DNA from: a virus
Strand: one strand, 5' to 3'
IMG/VR virus record: IMGVR_UViG_3300010046_000001
Span: 1-44,641 of that record
DNA length: 44,641 nucleotides
Positions 40,596-44,641 of the stretch are shown here, in pieces. The notes beneath the pieces were generated by a model. The model was not told the DNA's origin. It ran no database searches and was given only the letters and a program-made list of their open reading frames with translations. The first letter of the stretch is position 1. Every line of letters starts with the position of its first letter. Both the position numbers and the translations under genes were made by a program.

Positions 40596-40615
40596 GAGAA
40601 TCAGAAATCTGGTTT
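40596..40615. promoter_or_regulatory. Second copy of the AGAAYCAGAAATCTGRTT inverted-repeat element
   Basis: 16 of 18 positions identical to 29261-29278. Confidence 0.6.
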
Positions 40616-40663
40616 ATAGCCGCACCGCGTCTCCAACCAAAGGGGGAGAAAAGGGGGGAGCGA

Positions 40664-40897
40664 ATGGCAAAGGTGCCTCTGGTGCGGCCCCGGTTCGTCC
40701 TCGAGGACAAGCCGAAGCTTGGTTGGCGCTCCGTCTTTCTGGTGAACCCACTCGGACAGCTCCTGCACAGCGAGCCGGTCTGTGCCTACCCGGTCGAAGA
40801 GCACGACTGGTTCGGCAAATGGATCGTGGAACAGAAAGTCCCGATCGAGCTCCCGGACGTTGCATCACCGAAGCAAGAAAACGGCAGCAAGAAGTAA
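40664..40897 (+). CDS. hypothetical protein (77 aa)
   Basis: GGGGGGAG RBS. Confidence 0.6.
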   Translation: MAKVPLVRPRFVLEDKPKLGWRSVFLVNPLGQLLHSEPVCAYPVEEHDWFGKWIVEQKVPIELPDVASPKQENGSKK

Positions 40898-40937
40898 GCT
40901 AGCTAGCGACCCGGCTGGTCGCTCATACGGGGGAGGC

Positions 40938-41144
40938 ATGAGCACGTGGACCCATCAGCTCTGCAAGCACTGCTACGAGACACGCCAGCCGGGTCGCACC
41001 CCACATCGCGTGACCGGCGCTCCCGAGACCCGCTGCTGCGCCTGCGGGCTCGGCGCCGCCTACATCCCGTATCGCGACAGCCCGAAAGAGTATAAATACT
41101 GCCAGTTCATCCATCCGGAAGGAGCGGACGACGATGCCGCTTAG
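40938..41144 (+). CDS. Cys-rich hypothetical protein (68 aa, CKHC...CCAC)
   Basis: GGGGGAGG RBS. Internal ATG of ORF 40782..41144. Confidence 0.6.
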   Translation: MSTWTHQLCKHCYETRQPGRTPHRVTGAPETRCCACGLGAAYIPYRDSPKEYKYCQFIHPEGADDDAA

Positions 41145-41400
41145 TGAGAAAGACCCCCACTTTGCGCTCGGAATGGAGCATGGGCACGGAGGCGTCCCAC
41201 GCTACGAATTCGAGGACACGGAGAACCAGCGGCGCTACCTGATGGGCTACGAGCGCGGGCAGATGGAGCGCCGCTTCGTCTCCCGTGACGCCGCAAAGGA
41301 ATCCGTCGCGGCCTTTCAGAAGCTCGCCGAACGGATGACGAATCAACGCCACTGGGACCAGTCGGTGTGGACGAATCGGATCGTCTTCCCGAAGCCGTGA
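41134..41400 (+). CDS. hypothetical protein (88 aa)
   Basis: ORF track. Confidence 0.6.
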   Translation: MPLSEKDPHFALGMEHGHGGVPRYEFEDTENQRRYLMGYERGQMERRFVSRDAAKESVAAFQKLAERMTNQRHWDQSVWTNRIVFPKP

Positions 41401-41402
41401 CG

Positions 41403-41486
41403 ATGAACTGGTTGATCGGGCTTGCGACCGGCTGGTGCCTCCGCATGCTCTGGGAACGCTATCGCCACTACCGCTATCGACCGTGA
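41403..41486 (+). CDS. tiny hydrophobic/basic peptide (27 aa)
   Basis: Hand-translated MNWLIGLATGWCLRMLWERYRHYRYRP. 2 nt after the previous stop. Confidence 0.25.
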   Translation: MNWLIGLATGWCLRMLWERYRHYRYRP

Positions 41487-41542
41487 TCCCGGATTTCACC
41501 GCACTGTTCGCCTTCTGCGACCTGCACGTTAGCCGCTGGCAC

Positions 41543-42010
41543 ATGCGGCGCCAGTCCGACATGAACCGCTTCCGGGTCTCCGACCTGATGCCGCCGATGT
41601 ACTACGACAAGGAAGGCTTCCCGATTCCGGCGAGTGGCGATGGCGACCAGTATTCCGCGACGCTCGCCTGGGCGAAGATGCGTGAGGCAGAAGACGTTCA
41701 TGTCGCACAGGACGATCTGCCAGACGGGAGCTGGCTCTCCACCGTCTGGATCGGACTCGATCACGCCATGGGATTCGGACCACCACTCCTGTACGAGACC
41801 ATGCGGTTCCCGAAAGATAGCGAAGTAGTCCGTTTCATCGGCCCGGATGGCACGCCGCATGAGCTCGAAGGCTTCGCGGAGATGGAATTCCCCGATATCT
41901 TCGGCGAGCCCGGGGAGACCACGACGCAGCTCCGCTACACGACCAAGGAAGAAGCCCTTGCCGCCCACCATGAGATCGTGCGGCGGATTCGCATCCGGGA
42001 GGGCCACTAG
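41543..42010 (+). CDS. hypothetical protein (about 150 aa, STVWIGLDH...LLYETMRF motif)
   Basis: Track ORF 41435..42010. Start is uncertain (41543 or 41561). Confidence 0.6.
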   Translation: MRRQSDMNRFRVSDLMPPMYYDKEGFPIPASGDGDQYSATLAWAKMREAEDVHVAQDDLPDGSWLSTVWIGLDHAMGFGPPLLYETMRFPKDSEVVRFIGPDGTPHELEGFAEMEFPDIFGEPGETTTQLRYTTKEEALAAHHEIVRRIRIREGH

Positions 42011-42011
42011 G

Positions 42012-42248
42012 ATGCCGAACCACCATCCGACGGAGCTCGCCAATATCGTTCAAGCCGAGAACGCCGCACTCCGCTCCGCACTCCAGCAGCTCGTAGACGC
42101 CGCGTCCGCCTTCTTAACCGTCTGCGACACCGAATTCGACCTGGACAATCCCATGGTCGCCGATGCACAGCGCACCGCAGACCAGCTCGAGGATATCCTC
42201 ATGGCATGCCGCCACGTCCTCGAGCCCCAGCCGGGAGTGAAGCCATGA
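42012..42248 (+). CDS. hypothetical protein (78 aa)
   Basis: Internal ATG right after the previous stop. Confidence 0.55.
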   Translation: MPNHHPTELANIVQAENAALRSALQQLVDAASAFLTVCDTEFDLDNPMVADAQRTADQLEDILMACRHVLEPQPGVKP

Positions 42249-42400
42249 TCCGTTCCCACGATCAGGAAGAACAAGACCTGCACGACATTTGGCGATTGAC
42301 CGCACACGTCGTCACAGCCGAACGCGAACGCGACGAAGCGCGGGCGCTGGCGCGGCAGTTGAGAAGATTTGCACCCGGGGGGAGACCCGCCAGGCGATGA
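42245..42400 (+). CDS. hypothetical protein (51 aa)
   Basis: ATGA overlap. Confidence 0.45.
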   Translation: MIRSHDQEEQDLHDIWRLTAHVVTAERERDEARALARQLRRFAPGGRPARR

Positions 42401-42436
42401 GGATTTCGCAGCCATTGCCGCCTTCGACGCCGCGCC

Positions 42437-42685
42437 GTGGAGCACGCCATGACCGAGCCCACCGAACCCGTCCACGTCCGCCTCTTCCTCCACTGCCGCC
42501 AGTGCGGCCTCGAGCTCCCCGCAGACGAATCCATCGAATCCTTCGCCCGCCTCTCCGCTGGTCTCACCTCCGACGGTCAGATCGCCATCCTCTGCGTCCG
42601 CCATCGGCTCGCGGTCGGCAGCTTTCGCCTCCACCCCGATATCGCCCGCCATCTCGACGCACTCGCCTGTGAAAAGGAGCACTGA
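42437..42685 (+). CDS. hypothetical protein (82 aa, CRQC)
   Basis: ORF track. Confidence 0.6.
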   Translation: MEHAMTEPTEPVHVRLFLHCRQCGLELPADESIESFARLSAGLTSDGQIAILCVRHRLAVGSFRLHPDIARHLDALACEKEH

Positions 42686-42877
42686 ATGACCTGTCCGGTC
42701 TGCGGTGCCCAGTGTGTGTGCCGCAACGCCAGCGAGATGTGTTGCTCCTGCCACCACCACAAAGCGCGCAGCCCACTCGCCCGCTTATGGCGTGAGGTAG
42801 CGCATGCCGTTGCCGCCCGGGACGCGAAGGAGAAACAAGCCGATGAACACGCCAGCGAATCGCGAGCAGTACGTTGA
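42686..42877 (+). CDS. Cys-rich hypothetical protein (63 aa)
   Basis: Starts immediately after the previous stop. Confidence 0.5.
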   Translation: MTCPVCGAQCVCRNASEMCCSCHHHKARSPLARLWREVAHAVAARDAKEKQADEHASESRAVR

Positions 42878-43019
42878 GGCACTGCAGCACATCAAAGCCG
42901 CCCGTGACCTGCTCGGCTGGTTCGTCGTCTTCGCCGCCGACGCAGACAAGAACCTCAAGTGGATCGTCTTAAGTCCCGAAACCACGGTGATGCACTCGCC
43001 GCCCGGAGGCTGGCAATGA
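42843..43019 (+). CDS. hypothetical protein (58 aa; alternative start 42804)
   Basis: Track ORF 42804..43019. Confidence 0.45.
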   Translation: MNTPANREQYVEALQHIKAARDLLGWFVVFAADADKNLKWIVLSPETTVMHSPPGGWQ

Positions 43020-43255
43020 ACTGGTATTGGTCGCTCATCTTCCCCATCTTCCAATGGGGCGTCGTCCTCCCCGTCCAGGGCTACCTCGTCTACCGCACCT
43101 GGCGGAACTGGCGTCAATCCGAGCGCGACCGCGACGAAGCCTACGAAAACCTGGTCAAAGCCCGCTCACTCGTCTGGCAATTCCGCGACTGGGCTACTCT
43201 CCACGGCTTCGAGCTTCCCTTCGACGACGACGATCCCGGACCGACCGTGCAGTAA
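43016..43255 (+). CDS. membrane protein (79 aa)
   Basis: ATGA overlap. MNWYWSLIFPIFQWGVVLPVQGYLVY. Confidence 0.55.
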   Translation: MNWYWSLIFPIFQWGVVLPVQGYLVYRTWRNWRQSERDRDEAYENLVKARSLVWQFRDWATLHGFELPFDDDDPGPTVQ

Positions 43256-43271
43256 AAAGGACCACGACACC

Positions 43272-43481
43272 ATGATCGATCCCGAGCAATTCCTCGAAGA
43301 GCTCCAACGTCTCGGCCCAGAAATCGCCAAGAACGCCACCTTCTCCGTCTACGACCGCATCTTCATCAACTTTGCCTGTATGGTCTGCTGGTGGCTCGCC
43401 AAACATGAACCCGAACAGCTTGGACACGCCATCGGTCAACTGAACGCACAGCTCGACTCGATCGGCAAGACTCTCCAGTAA
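43272..43481 (+). CDS. hypothetical protein (69 aa)
   Basis: ORF track. Last gene before the noncoding region. Confidence 0.6.
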   Translation: MIDPEQFLEELQRLGPEIAKNATFSVYDRIFINFACMVCWWLAKHEPEQLGHAIGQLNAQLDSIGKTLQ

Positions 43482-43486
43482 CGCTA

Positions 43487-43557
43487 GGGGCGGGCACGGG
43501 CTGATCCCCCGCGTGGCGCAGTGGTTCAAGTCCCTTCCGCTGCGTCCTGCCCGCCCC
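43487..43557 (+). other. 71-nt structured element closed by a 10-bp GC stem (GGGGCGGGCA...TGCCCGCCCC), possible terminator / tRNA-like fold
   Basis: Begins 6 nt after the last stop codon. Contains GGTTCAAGTCC but no cloverleaf. Followed by GGTTT. Confidence 0.45.
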
Positions 43558-43770
43558 GGTTTCCCCCTCGACTCCTTCCCCCTCCGGGTGTAAGGCCAGC
43601 CCCGGTCGCCTTCTCTCTCTCGGGTCGGCGTGCCTAGCGATCGCGGCGCCTGTTTCGGTGGTCTGCGATGGGAAACAGGCGAAAGGCCCCCGGATCGGCA
43701 GCCGGGGCAGGCGCCGTGGTCACATCCGACCCCCCCGTACAATTCTGTTCCCCGGGAAACCGCCCAGACG

Positions 43771-43865
43771 CCCGTTTTTCCCTACTTTCGCCCTTTCGCG
43801 GCCCGCGATCGTAGGAAATAGCCCGAAATAGCCCCAAATTCGCCCCTTTAGCCCACTTTCGACGC
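43771..43865. repeat. Phased A/T-tract + GCCC array including the perfect tandem GAAATAGCCC x2 (43815-43834)
   Basis: Read directly. About 10-11 bp periodicity. GAAATAGCC recurs at 44501-44509, next to the terminal repeat. Confidence 0.7.
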
Positions 43866-44518
43866 TGCGGGACACGGAAAGTGACCTGATCCGCTCTAAG
43901 AACAGCAGAATCAGGCTCCGAACGACCAGAATCGACGGTTCAACCCTCGATTCCCGTCTCAAAACAGCACAATAGACCCCCTCTACCTTCCTAGCACCCC
44001 CTATAGGAGGTGAAATTGTCTGGACGTGTAGGGCTTGGGGCTAGGGCTGCCCCTTGGGTCGATCGCCCCGGGGCTTTGCCTTAGCATCCGCTCGAGCCTG
44101 AGCCTGAGCATATGCCTAGAAGGTAGGCAAGTGCTCGAGCATATGCCCTAGACTAGCAGGGGGCTGGGGTAGGCAGTGCCGGAAACCCTGATTTCCCCCC
44201 CTGCATACTCTATATGGCAGTGCCTTGCTCCTATGCCTTGGCACGATACTTGTCAGCGTCTATAGAGCCGCCCGTCTCTGAGAGTATACCTCTGAATGGG
44301 TCTCCGGAGCGCTAGGAGCCTGGTAGAGGCGAGCTTAGGGGCGGGGGCATAGGGCCGATGCAGGCATACGCGGCGCGTGCCTGCAATCGGCTCTAATGCA
44401 TTAAGGGGTCTCCGGACTCGAGCTCGAGGGTACCGGTACGGGTGCTCTAGCTGTTCTTGAGCCTATCCGCGTCCCGTAGGTGCCTACTTTGGTTGGCAGT
44501 GAAATAGCCGGGAGGGAG

Positions 44519-44641
44519 GTAGGAACGGTTATCGGTTTGTGGGCGGACGGGAGTCTTAAGAGCCGTCCTACGGTTCTCTGGAGGCTCGAGGTGGCGTGAC
44601 ACAAACACGCCTTGCCAATCGTAGTACGGGTGTAGTATGAA
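44519..44641. repeat. Terminal direct repeat, right copy
   Basis: Identical to 1-123. Indicates a closed or terminally redundant genome. Confidence 0.95.

Noticed and set aside
43815-43834. Tandem 10-mers considered as a mini CRISPR-like or satellite array
   Set aside because: There are only two perfect units plus degenerate neighbours, with no spacers and no cas genes. It is better described as a phased A-tract array.
44417-44439. XhoI-SacI-XhoI-KpnI-AgeI-like run (CTCGAGCTCGAGGGTACCGGTAC) and XhoI-NdeI pairs at 44091-44146, resembling a cloning polylinker
   Set aside because: No vector backbone, marker or origin sequence is present. CTCGAG and GAGCTC are very common across this genome, largely as Leu-Glu and Glu-Leu codon pairs, and the sites sit among other phage-specific repeats.

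Overview
The window is one complete phage genome. Bases 1-123 are identical to 44519-44641, so the unique length is 44,518 bp. It looks like a temperate, podovirus-like phage with high GC. I saw no rRNA, CRISPR array, transposase, complete tRNA gene or DNA/RNA polymerase. Five transcription blocks are visible. (1) 119-6239 (+): about 19 small early genes, many preceded by a conserved purine-rich start-associated motif, ending in a XerD-like tyrosine recombinase module. (2) 6249-13876 (-): excisionase-like gene, integrase next to an attP built on a tRNA-Arg(ACG) 3' fragment, a replication initiator-like gene with internal iterons, a loader-like gene, RuvC, a tail nozzle-like protein and small secreted proteins. 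(3) 14126-17593 (+): a recombination module with an annealase-like protein and a PD-(D/E)XK nuclease, plus DNA-binding proteins. (4) 17590-38194 (-): the structural module, with four tail-fibre genes, TerL, portal, scaffold, major capsid, an adaptor-like protein, a GNAT-like ORF, four consecutive low-complexity G/Q/A/P-rich proteins, an 885-aa SLT+amidase ejection protein and a 497-aa protein. (5) 38361-43481 (+): a lysis-like cassette and about 13 small genes. A 1.2-kb ORF-free, repeat-rich region then contains the terminal repeat. All functional calls come from motifs read by eye in the translations, and none was checked against a database. Most long Arg-rich ORFs antisense to these genes are treated as high-GC shadow ORFs.
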